Positions 54,314 through 63,994 are shown, numbered from the stretch's first letter. The stretch is 64,000 nt of DNA from an uncultured Candidatus Saccharibacteria bacterium (GCA_964399075.1 CAYNPK010000003.1:6306-70305), one strand, 5' to 3'. Made by a program: numbers and translations. The notes: generated by a model from the letters alone, not told the origin.

Positions 54314-56670
54314 TTAAGCTTAAAAAATTAGTGCTACTCGACGCCCACGCTATCCTCCATCGCGCTTATCATGCCTTGCCGGACTTTACTTCCCCTCAGG
54401 GTGAACCAACTGGTGGTTTGTATGGTTTAGTCACCATGTTAATTAGAATTTTGGGTGAATTGCGACCGGATTATGTTATTGCTTGTTACGATTTGCCTGA
54501 CACCACTTTCCGTAAAGAACTCTACGATAATTACAAGGCCGGTCGTCAGAAAACTGATGATGATTTGGTGGCTCAATTAATTCGCTCCCGCGATATTTTT
54601 ACTGCTTTTAATATTCCAATTTATGATCAGCCGGGATTTGAGGCTGACGATATTATTGGCACTATTGTGGATAAGGTAAAGGGAGATAAGAAACTGCAAA
54701 CGATTATTGCTTCTGGTGACATGGATACTCTTCAGCTAGTTAGTGGCGACAAGGTGGTGGTCTACACTCTCAAGAAAGGTCTTAGTGAGACGATTACTTA
54801 TAACGAATTAGCCGTGCTCGAGCGGTTCGGTTTTGTTCCCCAACTCTTGCCGGACTACAAGGGTTTGCGTGGTGATCCTTCTGATAATATCATTGGCATT
54901 CCCGGGATTGGGGATAAAACAGCGACAGAATTAATTACTAAGTTTGGCTCGATTGAAGAGATTTATCAAACGCTAAAGAAAGATAAACAGAAGTTATTAC
55001 AAGCGGGGATCAAAGAACGAATTGTAAAATTATTAATAGAAAATGAGGAAGAGGCGATGTTTTCTAAAACTTTAGCAACTATCCGCCTCGATGCTCTGGA
55101 GGAATTTAATTTACCAACTGTGGAGTGGCGCCAGGGTCTTGATTTGGTGAAAATTGATGAACTTTTCGCCCAGCTCGGCTTCCGGACTTTAGGGGCGAGA
55201 GTTCGCGCTGGACTGGGAGAAAAGACTTCAATAGTGCTTGCTGGTGATCTTGATGACGCTGACAATACTGGTGATATTTTGCCAAGAGATCTAGCTATCG
55301 CCATCTGGTTGTTAAATTCTGACCTGACTAATCCAACTTGGGATGATCTGATGGCGGTAACTAAAACTAAAGAACCGCAACAGGCTAGAAATATTTTAGA
55401 AAAATTAATCAGAGAAAGAAATTTGGAGCAAGTTTATCGCGAAATTGAATTGCCTCTCATTCCGATTATTAAACAAGCTGAAGAACGTGGCATTTTGGTT
55501 GACGTGGCTCAACTTAAAGACTTATCGCAAAAGTATCACAAAAAATTAACTAATCTAGAGCGGGAAATCTATCAATTGGCGCAATTAGCGACAACGGAGA
55601 AATTTAATCTTAATTCACCCAAGCAACTTGCTGAAGTGCTGTTTGATAAAATGCAATTGTCGGCAAAGGGTTTGAAGAAGACCGCCGGTGGCGCGCGTTC
55701 AACGCGCGAATCAGAGCTAGTGAAACTGAAAGATGTTCACCCGATTATTGCGGAGATTTTGCAATATCGAGAATTACAGAAATTAGTTTCAACTTACCTT
55801 GATGCAATTCCTAAATTACTTGATCAAAACAATCGTCTGCATACCCATCTCCACCAAACTGGCACTAGCACTGGCCGGATGTCTTCGTCCGAGCCTAATT
55901 TGCAAAACATTCCCGCTGATGAGAATCATGGTGATAAAATTCGATCAGCCTTCCTGGCTTCTCCCGGACATCAGTGGCTTGCTTTTGATTATTCGCAAAT
56001 TGAGATGCGAGTGTTAGCTTTGCTCTCGGCTGATCCGGAATTGACCCAAATTTTCCAAACTGGCTCTGACGTTCATACTTCTGTAGCGGCTAGAGTTTTT
56101 CGGGTCAAAGAAGAAGAGGTGACTCGGGAGATGAGGCGTAGAGCAAAAGTGATTAATTTCGGCATCGTCTATGGTATGGGAGTTAGCGCGCTCCAGAAAA
56201 ATTTGAATTCCACTCGAGCGGAGGCGCAGGAATTTTATAATCAATATTTTGTTGCCTTTCCTAAAATTAACGCCTATTTTGATAAAGTTAAGTCAGAAGC
56301 CAAGCAGAAGGGTTATACCGAAACTCTTTTTGGCCGTCGGCGTTATTTCCCCGGACTCAAGGCTAGATTGCCTTATATTGTGGCGATGAACGAAAGAATG
56401 GCCGTCAACGCGCCAATCCAAGGCACGGCCGCCGATATCGTCAAAATTGCGATGCGGAAAGTTGATGAGGAAATAAGGAGGCAGGGGTGGAGTAATCAAG
56501 CCCACTTATTGCTCCAAGTTCATGATGAGTTAATTTTTGAAGTTGAAGATAAATTGGTTTCTGAAGTTAAGCCGGTTATTAAAAAAGTAATGGAAGAGAT
56601 TATTAATAATAAAATTATTCCCTTTACCGTCTCTGCTTCGCAGGGGAGGAGTTGGGGTGAGGCGGAGTAG
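54307..56670 (+). CDS. polA: DNA polymerase I (5'-3' exonuclease + polymerase, reduced middle domain)
   Basis: EADDIIG, SGDMD, GDPSDNI, TGRMSSSEPNLQNIP, DYSQIEMR, LQVHDEL. Confidence 0.96.
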   Translation: MVIKLKKLVLLDAHAILHRAYHALPDFTSPQGEPTGGLYGLVTMLIRILGELRPDYVIACYDLPDTTFRKELYDNYKAGRQKTDDDLVAQLIRSRDIFTAFNIPIYDQPGFEADDIIGTIVDKVKGDKKLQTIIASGDMDTLQLVSGDKVVVYTLKKGLSETITYNELAVLERFGFVPQLLPDYKGLRGDPSDNIIGIPGIGDKTATELITKFGSIEEIYQTLKKDKQKLLQAGIKERIVKLLIENEEEAMFSKTLATIRLDALEEFNLPTVEWRQGLDLVKIDELFAQLGFRTLGARVRAGLGEKTSIVLAGDLDDADNTGDILPRDLAIAIWLLNSDLTNPTWDDLMAVTKTKEPQQARNILEKLIRERNLEQVYREIELPLIPIIKQAEERGILVDVAQLKDLSQKYHKKLTNLEREIYQLAQLATTEKFNLNSPKQLAEVLFDKMQLSAKGLKKTAGGARSTRESELVKLKDVHPIIAEILQYRELQKLVSTYLDAIPKLLDQNNRLHTHLHQTGTSTGRMSSSEPNLQNIPADENHGDKIRSAFLASPGHQWLAFDYSQIEMRVLALLSADPELTQIFQTGSDVHTSVAARVFRVKEEEVTREMRRRAKVINFGIVYGMGVSALQKNLNSTRAEAQEFYNQYFVAFPKINAYFDKVKSEAKQKGYTETLFGRRRYFPGLKARLPYIVAMNERMAVNAPIQGTAADIVKIAMRKVDEEIRRQGWSNQAHLLLQVHDELIFEVEDKLVSEVKPVIKKVMEEIINNKIIPFTVSASQGRSWGEAE

Positions 56671-56707
56671 AATATTTTATTTTTTTATCTTTTATTTATG
56701 AATAAAT

Positions 56708-57238
56708 ATGAATAAAATGTTAATTTTTCCTGAATATCGCCAATCAGATAAGTTTGATTGTGGAGCTTGTGCTTTGCAATCTGTTTTGGCTTATTATGGT
56801 ATTGATGTAAACGAGGCTGAAGTCATGAAGGTTGCCGGAACAAATCAAACCGGCACAACTCCGACTGGACTCGAGACGACAGTGGAACATTTCGGCCTAA
56901 GGCATGAGAGTGGTAAGCTGACCCAAGATAAATTAAAGAACTTTCTCGATCAGGATGTGCCAGTTATTTTAGCGATCCAAGCTTGGTCAGATCAGTCGAT
57001 AGGTGACTGGGCTAGAAATTGGATCAACGGTCATTATGTGGTGGCGATTGGTTATGATGAGAAGAAAATTTATTTTGAGGATCCGTCTTGTAATCGACGC
57101 ACTTTTTTAACTTTTGAGCAATTAGAAAGACATTGGCACGATGTTGATTCTGTTGGGAAAATATATGACCACTGGGGGATGGCTGTTTTTGGTGTGCCAA
57201 CCTATAACCCAGAGGAAGTGGTGCCATTGGGTTATTAG
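56708..57238 (+). CDS. Stand-alone C39-like cysteine peptidase
   Basis: QSDKFDCGACAL, GHYVVAIGYD, YFEDP. Confidence 0.85.
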   Translation: MNKMLIFPEYRQSDKFDCGACALQSVLAYYGIDVNEAEVMKVAGTNQTGTTPTGLETTVEHFGLRHESGKLTQDKLKNFLDQDVPVILAIQAWSDQSIGDWARNWINGHYVVAIGYDEKKIYFEDPSCNRRTFLTFEQLERHWHDVDSVGKIYDHWGMAVFGVPTYNPEEVVPLGY

Positions 57239-57247
57239 TTTAAAATA

Positions 57248-57283
57248 AAAAAACCGCCGACCACAACACGTAGTCGGCGGTTT
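57248..57283. terminator. Bidirectional intrinsic terminator
   Basis: AAACCGCCGAC...GTCGGCGGTTT. Confidence 0.75.
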
Positions 57284-57298
57284 GCCTCGTCTCGTTTC

Positions 57299-57508
57299 TC
57301 ATCGGTCTCGGATCAGATGATCCGGAAAACCAAGGGGAGCGAGAGAAGGACCAGAACCGCAGCTCCGGCCAGGGCCGTTAGAACCAAGCGTCGGCTGGCG
57401 CGCCTGGCGGCCCAACCTCGCCCTCTTCTTCTGTCCCTTGCATCTCCGGGGCTCAGTGACCCAGGTCATGCTGTCAGTGCCGGGTAGCGCTCCGTCACTC
57501 AATCTCAT
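57299..57508 (-). CDS. Small GC-rich basic orphan ORF (or ncRNA) in its own transcription unit
   Basis: AAAGGG SD, promoter TTGACA-18-TAAGCT at 57566-57595, terminator downstream. Confidence 0.5.
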   Translation of the reverse strand: MRLSDGALPGTDSMTWVTEPRRCKGQKKRARLGRQARQPTLGSNGPGRSCGSGPSLAPLGFPDHLIRDR

Positions 57509-57615
57509 TTTTTGACCCTTTCTTGGCTAGGGGAAACGAGAGAAGAACACTCGAACACTTCTAATAGCTTAGCATAGTTTTGGTTAATTTGTCAATATGT
57601 GCTACAATTGGCCTT

Positions 57616-58365
57616 ATGTCGGAATATTATACTGGTAAACGAACTAGAGGATTATATAATCCATCGTCCACAGAGCCCTTTCGTCTAAGTCGAACCAAAA
57701 TAGAATCATTTCTCAAGTGTCCACGTTGTTTCTATCTCGACCGCCGTTTGGGAGTTGGTCAACCGCCGGGATTCCCTTTCGCACTCAACGCGGCCGTTGA
57801 TCACTTATTAAAAAAAGAGTTTGATCTCCATCGAGCTGGCAAGACTACTCACCCCTTGATGCGTGCTTATGAGATCAAAGCTATTCCGTTTGATCATCCC
57901 AAGATAAATATTTGGCGGGAAAACTTTAAGGGCGTCTCTTATCTCCATTCAGAAACCAATTTAGAAATTTTTGGCGCTGTTGATGACTTGTGGATTAACG
58001 AACAATCGGAAATACATGTGGTTGACTACAAGGCTACTAGCAAAGATTCGGAAGTAACCTTAGATGCCGAGTGGCAACAGGGTTACAAGAATCAAGCGGA
58101 AATTTATCAATGGCTCTTGCGTCATAATGGTCTTAAAGTATCTGATGTTGCTTATTTTGTTTACGTCAACGGTCAGCGTGATCGAGAAGCCTTCGATGGT
58201 CGTTTAGAGTTTGATATTAAAATTATTCCTTACGTTGGCGATGATTCTTGGGTGGAGGGTAAAATAGTAGAAGCTCATCAATGTTTGTTGGCGACTACTT
58301 TGCCGGACCCGGCGCCTGATTGTGACTATTGTCTTTATCGTCAGGCGGTTCGCGAGTTTGAGTAA
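57616..58365 (+). CDS. PD-(D/E)XK nuclease family protein
   Basis: LSRTKI...CPRCFY, GAVDD, VVDYKAT, QAEIY, CDYC. Confidence 0.88.
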   Translation: MSEYYTGKRTRGLYNPSSTEPFRLSRTKIESFLKCPRCFYLDRRLGVGQPPGFPFALNAAVDHLLKKEFDLHRAGKTTHPLMRAYEIKAIPFDHPKINIWRENFKGVSYLHSETNLEIFGAVDDLWINEQSEIHVVDYKATSKDSEVTLDAEWQQGYKNQAEIYQWLLRHNGLKVSDVAYFVYVNGQRDREAFDGRLEFDIKIIPYVGDDSWVEGKIVEAHQCLLATTLPDPAPDCDYCLYRQAVREFE

Positions 58366-58391
58366 TAGTGTTATAATTAATTAAATAAATT

Positions 58392-58862
58392 ATGGAATCA
58401 ATTATTCAATCGGGCTTGATTGTTCAGTTAGTTTTTGCGGTTATTTTGGGTGCTTCTTTGGGTCTGGAACGATCTCTAGCTGGTAAAACGGCCGGAATGA
58501 GAACTTACACTTTGGTTACTCTTGGTTCTACAGTGTTCGTGGCAATCTCGCAAATTGTGGCCGCGGATTATATTGCTCTTGGTATTAGAACTTTCGATCC
58601 TTTGCGTGTTGCCTCGCAAGTAATTGTTGGTATCGGCTTCCTAGGGGCTGGCTTAATTATTTTTCAAGAGAATAAGTTACGCGGTTTAACTACTGCTGCC
58701 GGCTTGTGGGTAGCTTGTGGCATTGGCATGGCGATCGGCTTCAAACTCTACGTACTCGCTACGCTGGTGGCGATTATTACTCTATTTGTGTTCACTGTCT
58801 TGTGGTACCTTGAGCGTTATATGGAATCTCGCGCCGGGATTAGTCTTGGCCCGAAACCCTAA
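58392..58862 (+). CDS. MgtC/SapB family membrane protein
   Basis: GLER, AGMRTY, RVASQVIVGIGFLGAG, GLTTAAGLW. Confidence 0.93.
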   Translation: MESIIQSGLIVQLVFAVILGASLGLERSLAGKTAGMRTYTLVTLGSTVFVAISQIVAADYIALGIRTFDPLRVASQVIVGIGFLGAGLIIFQENKLRGLTTAAGLWVACGIGMAIGFKLYVLATLVAIITLFVFTVLWYLERYMESRAGISLGPKP

Positions 58863-58869
58863 TGTCTCC

Positions 58870-59466
58870 GTGGAAGAAAGAACGGCAAAACTACGACAGA
58901 TTCGTGACGAGATTTTAGCCTTTACGGAATCACCACTTTATCAATATCGTTTAGCTAATAAATATTTTCCGGTTATCGGTGAGGGTGACCATCAGGCGCG
59001 AGTGATGTTTGTTGGTGAGGCGCCCGGTCGGAATGAGGCGGAGACTGGTCGACCCTTCTGTGGCGCGGCGGGGCGTATCTTGGACGAATTGTTAAATAGC
59101 ATCGGCTTAGAACGTCAACAAGTGTATGTCACTAACATTTTGAAGGATAGACCCCCGGGTAATCGTGATCCGGAACCGGTGGAGATCGAGGCTTATACTC
59201 CGTTTCTGGAGCGTCAGATTGAGATTCTGGAGCCAAGCTTGATTGTCACCCTGGGACGTTTCTCGATGAAGTATATTATGGAGAAATATGGTTTGTCGGA
59301 CGCTCTTGGCCCTATTACTCAGATTCATGGTCAAGTTTTCTTGGCTAAGACTTCTTATGGCGAACTGAAAATTTTACCCTTATATCATCCGGCAGCCACG
59401 ATTTATCATCAAGCCTGGCGCGTTGATTTAGCTAAAGATTTTCAAAAAATTAAAAAATTATGCTAA
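58870..59466 (+). CDS. Uracil-DNA glycosylase family 4
   Basis: VGEAPG..E...GRPFCGAAG, TNILKDRPPGNRDP, YHPAA; probable GTG start. Confidence 0.92.
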   Translation: MEERTAKLRQIRDEILAFTESPLYQYRLANKYFPVIGEGDHQARVMFVGEAPGRNEAETGRPFCGAAGRILDELLNSIGLERQQVYVTNILKDRPPGNRDPEPVEIEAYTPFLERQIEILEPSLIVTLGRFSMKYIMEKYGLSDALGPITQIHGQVFLAKTSYGELKILPLYHPAATIYHQAWRVDLAKDFQKIKKLC

Positions 59467-60224
59467 CTCTAATTTCTTGGAACGTTAATGGTATCAGGGC
59501 TGTGGTGAAAAATGGCTTCGGTGATTTTCTTCAACAATATCAGCCGGATGTTTTGGGTGTGCAGGAAATAAAAATTGACGCTACCACGCGCGCTAAAACC
59601 GAATTTGATTTTGCCGGCTACGAAGAATATTGGCATTCGGCACAACGCCCCGGTTACAGTGGCACCGCGACGCTGACTAAGATAAAGCCCTTGTCGATAG
59701 GTAATCAGGTGGACGAGGCGTGCTTTGATGAGGAGGGGAGATTGCAGACTTTGGAATTTCCTAAATTTTATTTTCTAAATATTTATTTTCCTAACGCCAA
59801 TCACGAGCTCTCGCGCTTGCCATTTAAAGAGGATTTTAATGAGATTTTTTTAAAGTATGTTAAAAAACTAGAGCAAACCAAACCCGTTATCGCCTGTGGA
59901 GACTTCAATGTCGCTCGCGAAGAAATTGACCTCGCCAGACCCAAGGAGAATGTCGGCAATCCCGGCTTTACCACAGAAGAACGCGCCTGGGCCGACAAAT
60001 TTGTCGAGTCTGGCTTGGTCGACACTTTCCGCTTGATTCATGGCAACAAGATTCAGTATTCTTGGTGGAGTTATCGGAATTATGCTAGAGATAGAAACAT
60101 TGGTTGGAGAATTGATTACTTTTTGGTTAGCCAGAAACTGGCCTCAAAAGTTAAAGACGCTTTTATTCTCGATCAAGTTATCGGTTCGGATCATGCGCCA
60201 GTGGGGATCAAGATTGAATTATGA
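59460..60224 (+). CDS. xth: Exodeoxyribonuclease III
   Basis: SWNVNGIRA, QEIK, GYSG, GDFN, GWRIDY, SDHAP. Confidence 0.95.
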   Translation: MLTLISWNVNGIRAVVKNGFGDFLQQYQPDVLGVQEIKIDATTRAKTEFDFAGYEEYWHSAQRPGYSGTATLTKIKPLSIGNQVDEACFDEEGRLQTLEFPKFYFLNIYFPNANHELSRLPFKEDFNEIFLKYVKKLEQTKPVIACGDFNVAREEIDLARPKENVGNPGFTTEERAWADKFVESGLVDTFRLIHGNKIQYSWWSYRNYARDRNIGWRIDYFLVSQKLASKVKDAFILDQVIGSDHAPVGIKIEL

Positions 60225-60958
60225 TTTATTTATTTTACGGCACAGATACTAGCAAATCGCGAGAGAAGTGGCGGAAGGTTATTAACGCTTTTGCTAGCAA
60301 ATATCCTTCCGGGCAAATCTTCCGTTTTGCCACAGATAGATTCGACCGTTCTTCGTTTGAAGAATTAATTCATTCTCATGATTTGTTTGGTGAAAAGAGG
60401 TTGGTGGTAATTGATCAAGTTTTGGGAGATCCGGAGATTGCTAATTCGCTGACTGATTTGTGGAACAGTTTGGTTAATTCCAAAACCGTTTTTGCTTTTC
60501 TGGAAGGCGCGCTCAAGAGCGATTTGGTTAAGAAGATAGAGGGGTGCGGGGCTAAAGTCGAACGCCTTGATCTTAGCTCAGCTAAATTTGCTAAATTTTC
60601 TAATCAAGATAAGTTCAACATTTTTTCTCTAACTGACGCGCTTGGGGCTCGTGACAAGAAGGCGTTGTGGCTAAATTACCAGCAGGCCTTAGATGCTAAC
60701 ATTAGCACTGAAGAAATATTTTGGAAATTGGTTTGGCAAACTAAGATGATGCTGTTGGTTAAGAAAACTAAATCTTCTGAATCGCTTAAAACGGTTAAGC
60801 CTTTTGTGGCTGATAAAGCAAGGCGTTATGGCAAAAATTACCAGACCGAAGAGTTGGAAAAATTATCCGGTGACCTGCTCGCTCTCTGGCATGAATCTAA
60901 GGAGGAGAATGGTTGCGATTTTGCCATTGGCTTAGAGAAATTAATTCTAAGCCTGTGA
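60221..60958 (+). CDS. holA: DNA polymerase III delta subunit-like
   Basis: MIYLFYGTD, DLFGEKRLV, NIFSLTDA, KPFV, LEKLIL. Confidence 0.7.
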   Translation: MIYLFYGTDTSKSREKWRKVINAFASKYPSGQIFRFATDRFDRSSFEELIHSHDLFGEKRLVVIDQVLGDPEIANSLTDLWNSLVNSKTVFAFLEGALKSDLVKKIEGCGAKVERLDLSSAKFAKFSNQDKFNIFSLTDALGARDKKALWLNYQQALDANISTEEIFWKLVWQTKMMLLVKKTKSSESLKTVKPFVADKARRYGKNYQTEELEKLSGDLLALWHESKEENGCDFAIGLEKLILSL

Positions 60959-60974
60959 ATAAAAATCTACAGTG

Positions 60975-61047
60975 TCCGCCCAGTAGGATTCGAACCTACG
61001 ACCGTTTGCTTAAAAGGCAACTGCTCTACCACCTGAGCTATGGGCGG
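60975..61047 (-). tRNA. tRNA-Lys(TTT)
   Basis: Reverse complement CCGCCCA-TAGCTCAG...ct-TTT-aa...TTCGAAT...TGGGCGG-A. Confidence 0.92.
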
Positions 61048-61099
61048 ATCTAATCTTGTTTACTATACTTTCTTGCCACCGAATTGTCCACTCTGTGGA

Positions 61100-61456
61100 T
61101 TATAAAGGCAGATCAATGGCGAAAATTCCCGGACCGAGAAATAGGAGGGCTAGAGAAATAGTTATGAGTAGTAAGGAAAAATTAAGGTTGTTTTCTCTCT
61201 GTGATTTAAATTTGATTGAGATTAAAGCCAGAATAATGGCTACAATAACAGCTACTTGAGTATACAGACCGATGGTTAGCAAAACTCCGGCCACCAAGGT
61301 GGTTGAGCCGAGCGCCTTAGTCCACGGGGTTTGTTGGCTTTTTTGGGCCAGCAATTGATAGCCGAGGCGACAGAGAGAAAGACCAAGAGCGAGGCGTAAG
61401 ATGAAGGTCCCGACCATGGCGTAAGTGAGAAGTGATGGAAAAACACTTGGAATCAT
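61100..61456 (-). CDS. DoxX-like membrane protein
   Basis: LRLALG, GLYTQVA, LGPGIFAID. Confidence 0.75.
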   Translation of the reverse strand: MIPSVFPSLLTYAMVGTFILRLALGLSLCRLGYQLLAQKSQQTPWTKALGSTTLVAGVLLTIGLYTQVAVIVAIILALISIKFKSQRENNLNFSLLLITISLALLFLGPGIFAIDLPL

Positions 61457-61470
61457 AGTAGCATTTTAAC

Positions 61471-61950
61471 ATGAGTCAGTCGGTAAAGAAAGTTGAATTA
61501 ATTCTCCACAATCTTAGGAGCTCTCACAACGTCGGAGCTATTTTTCGGATCGCCGATTGCGTTGGCGTCTCTAAAATTTATTTAACTGGTTATACTCCGG
61601 CGCCAGTAGATCAATTTGCTAGACCAAACAAAGAAATTGCAAAAACAGCCTTAGGCGCGGATAAAAATATTAAGTGGGAAAAAGTTGAAGATGTTCTCTC
61701 TTTAATAGAGAAACTAAAAACTGAAAATTATTACGTTTTGGCTCTGGAGCAGGCAAAATCGGCGATTGATTATAAAAATGTTGAAATCAGAAATCTCACT
61801 GCGGTTATTCTAGGTAACGAAGTGGCTGGCTTGTCTCCGGAGATTTTGGGTTCCTGTTCTGCGGTGGCGGAGATTCCGCTCCGAGGTCAGAAGGAGTCAC
61901 TCAATGTGGCTATCGCTAGCGCTGTGGCTCTCTTCCGCTGGTTGGATTAA
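61471..61950 (+). CDS. SpoU/TrmH RNA methyltransferase
   Basis: NVGAIFR, LGNEVAGL, EIPLRGQKESLNVA. Confidence 0.92.
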   Translation: MSQSVKKVELILHNLRSSHNVGAIFRIADCVGVSKIYLTGYTPAPVDQFARPNKEIAKTALGADKNIKWEKVEDVLSLIEKLKTENYYVLALEQAKSAIDYKNVEIRNLTAVILGNEVAGLSPEILGSCSAVAEIPLRGQKESLNVAIASAVALFRWLD

Positions 61951-62811
61951 TTATTTTTGACATCGGGGACAGAAGTGAGTCCCTCGGCCGTTTAATTTAG
62001 TTTTAATTATCTTAGTTTCACAACGTTTGCAAGGTTCTCCTTGTCGACCATAAACATATAAGTGGGGGACGAAGCCTCCCGGCTGACCGCCGGAGCGTCG
62101 ATAGTTACGGAAGGAGGTTCCTTTCTTCTTGATTGATAATGTTAGCACTTCAATAATTGCGGTGTACAGATTGCATCTCTCTTTTTTGCTTAAAGTTCCA
62201 GACAAGCGATCTGGTAGAATTTTCGCCAGAAAACAGCTTTCGTCAACGTAGATATTTCCTAATCCAGCGATTAGTGTTTGATCAAGCAATAGAGTTTTAA
62301 TTTTGCGCTTAGAATAACGAGCTAAGATCTGCTCGAAGTGAGCTAGAGTAAAATTTTTACGATCGAGCGGTTCTGGTCCATGCCTATCGAATAATTTTTC
62401 CAAACCTTCTTTGTCCACCAAGCGTATCCAGGCAAATTTGCGCAGGTCATTGAAGCGGAGTTGAGAACCGTCAGCGAAATTAATAATCACTCGGGTATAT
62501 TTAGTCGGATCTTCCGGATGACCGCCGATAATTAATTTTTCTTTTGAGCCGATTTTTGGTTGGTAAATTAATTGCCCGGTCATCTTAAGGTGGATGAGTA
62601 GAAATTTTTCACCAGAGATTTCTAAAATCAAAATTTTGGCCCGACGTTGGATGGCCAAAATCTTTTTGCCAATTATTTGTCTAACAAATTCATCCAGATT
62701 GAGCGTCTGGATAATTTTCGGCCAAGTTATCTCTAGGGTTTTAATTTGGCGACCCACCAGCGCTTTGGCTAGTTCTCGCTTGAGGGTTTCCACCTCCGGT
62801 AATTCAGGCAT
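61951..62811 (-). CDS. mutM: Formamidopyrimidine-DNA glycosylase
   Basis: MPELPEVE, HLKMTG, GLGNIYVDE, C-terminal CPRCQ zinc finger. Confidence 0.96.
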   Translation of the reverse strand: MPELPEVETLKRELAKALVGRQIKTLEITWPKIIQTLNLDEFVRQIIGKKILAIQRRAKILILEISGEKFLLIHLKMTGQLIYQPKIGSKEKLIIGGHPEDPTKYTRVIINFADGSQLRFNDLRKFAWIRLVDKEGLEKLFDRHGPEPLDRKNFTLAHFEQILARYSKRKIKTLLLDQTLIAGLGNIYVDESCFLAKILPDRLSGTLSKKERCNLYTAIIEVLTLSIKKKGTSFRNYRRSGGQPGGFVPHLYVYGRQGEPCKRCETKIIKTKLNGRGTHFCPRCQK

Positions 62812-63994
62812 GTATTTTATGAAATTCTTCTCTCGCCACCTCTGCGTCATCCCAGGGGATTTTGCTACCCCTTGGCCCCATAATGTAAGGATCAGTGCCC
62901 TTGCCGGTGATGATAACCACGTCCTTGGGTTGGGCGATTGTGAGGGCCTTCCTGATCGCTAGGCGCCTATCCATCTCAATTTCATATTTATCCTTGGGGA
63001 TTACTGCCGCTATTTGCTCCACAATCTGTCGCGGATCCTCATCATAAGGATCTTCGTTAGTCAGGAAGATTCGATCGCAATATTGGGTGGCGACTTTGCC
63101 CATTTCTGGCCTCTTCCACTTGTCTCGTCCGCCACCGGTGCCACCAAGAACAGCGATTAGTTTGTAGTTTCTAGTGGCTAGGGGGTTGGGATTGAATACC
63201 TGATAAACTTGGCGGAGCGAATCCGTCGTGTGGGCGTAGTCCACGATTACTTCAAATGGTTCGGAAATCACTTTCTCCATTCGCCCTCGGACGCTCTGAC
63301 ACTCGCTGATCGCTTGGCGAATTATTTCTTCTTTAATCTTCATCGCTCGGGCCAGAGTAACCGCCGCTAACACATTGTAGGCGTTGAATTCTCCGGGCAG
63401 GACGCGCATCCAGTCCTCGATTTTATTCTTACCGTAAGTTATTTTGTTCACCACTCTCGTGGCGAGGAATTTGTCCGCTTCTTTGCTGTCAGTATTAACG
63501 ACCAGAATTTTGTTAGTCTTAGGCGAGCGTTCTAGAGCTTTAGCAATCTTAAGTTTGGCTTCAACATATCGTTCGTAAGAGCCGTGCGACTCGATATGTT
63601 CTGGGGTTAAGTTAGTGAAGATGAGCGCGTCGAGGGCAATAAATTTATGACGGAATTGTTTCGCGCCCTCGCTGGTCATCTCAATCACCGCGTGGGTACA
63701 CTTGGCCTCAATCGCTTGTCTTAAAATTTTGTGGACGAAGCCTCTCCCTGGCATGGTCATCTTCTTTAGATTAGCTTGGGATTGGTCGCCAACTTTGAAG
63801 CGCAAGGTGGAAGAGATGGCCGTTCGGTGGCCGGCTTTTTCTAAAATAGCGCTAATTAATTCCGCAGTGGTGGTTTTACCCTTGGTGCCGGTAATGCCGA
63901 TCACATAGAGCTGACGAGAAGGAAAGCGATAGCGCCAGACGGCGATTAGCGCCAGCAGAAAGTGATAAATTGGACGCAAGTATTTCATTAGCAT
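62804..63994 (-). CDS. murE: Mur ligase (MurE-type)
   Basis: GITGTKGKTTT, EMTSEG, TNLTPEH, VDYAHT, GGGRDKWKRP, TGKG. Confidence 0.9.
   Translation of the reverse strand: MLMKYLRPIYHFLLALIAVWRYRFPSRQLYVIGITGTKGKTTTAELISAILEKAGHRTAISSTLRFKVGDQSQANLKKMTMPGRGFVHKILRQAIEAKCTHAVIEMTSEGAKQFRHKFIALDALIFTNLTPEHIESHGSYERYVEAKLKIAKALERSPKTNKILVVNTDSKEADKFLATRVVNKITYGKNKIEDWMRVLPGEFNAYNVLAAVTLARAMKIKEEIIRQAISECQSVRGRMEKVISEPFEVIVDYAHTTDSLRQVYQVFNPNPLATRNYKLIAVLGGTGGGRDKWKRPEMGKVATQYCDRIFLTNEDPYDEDPRQIVEQIAAVIPKDKYEIEMDRRLAIRKALTIAQPKDVVIITGKGTDPYIMGPRGSKIPWDDAEVAREEFHKIHA

Noticed and set aside
58717-58869. N-terminal extension of UDG (likewise ruvC, mutM, rpsO, phosphatase and GT2 in the ORF track)
   Set aside because: Extensions overlap upstream genes or promoters; family motifs begin at the downstream starts
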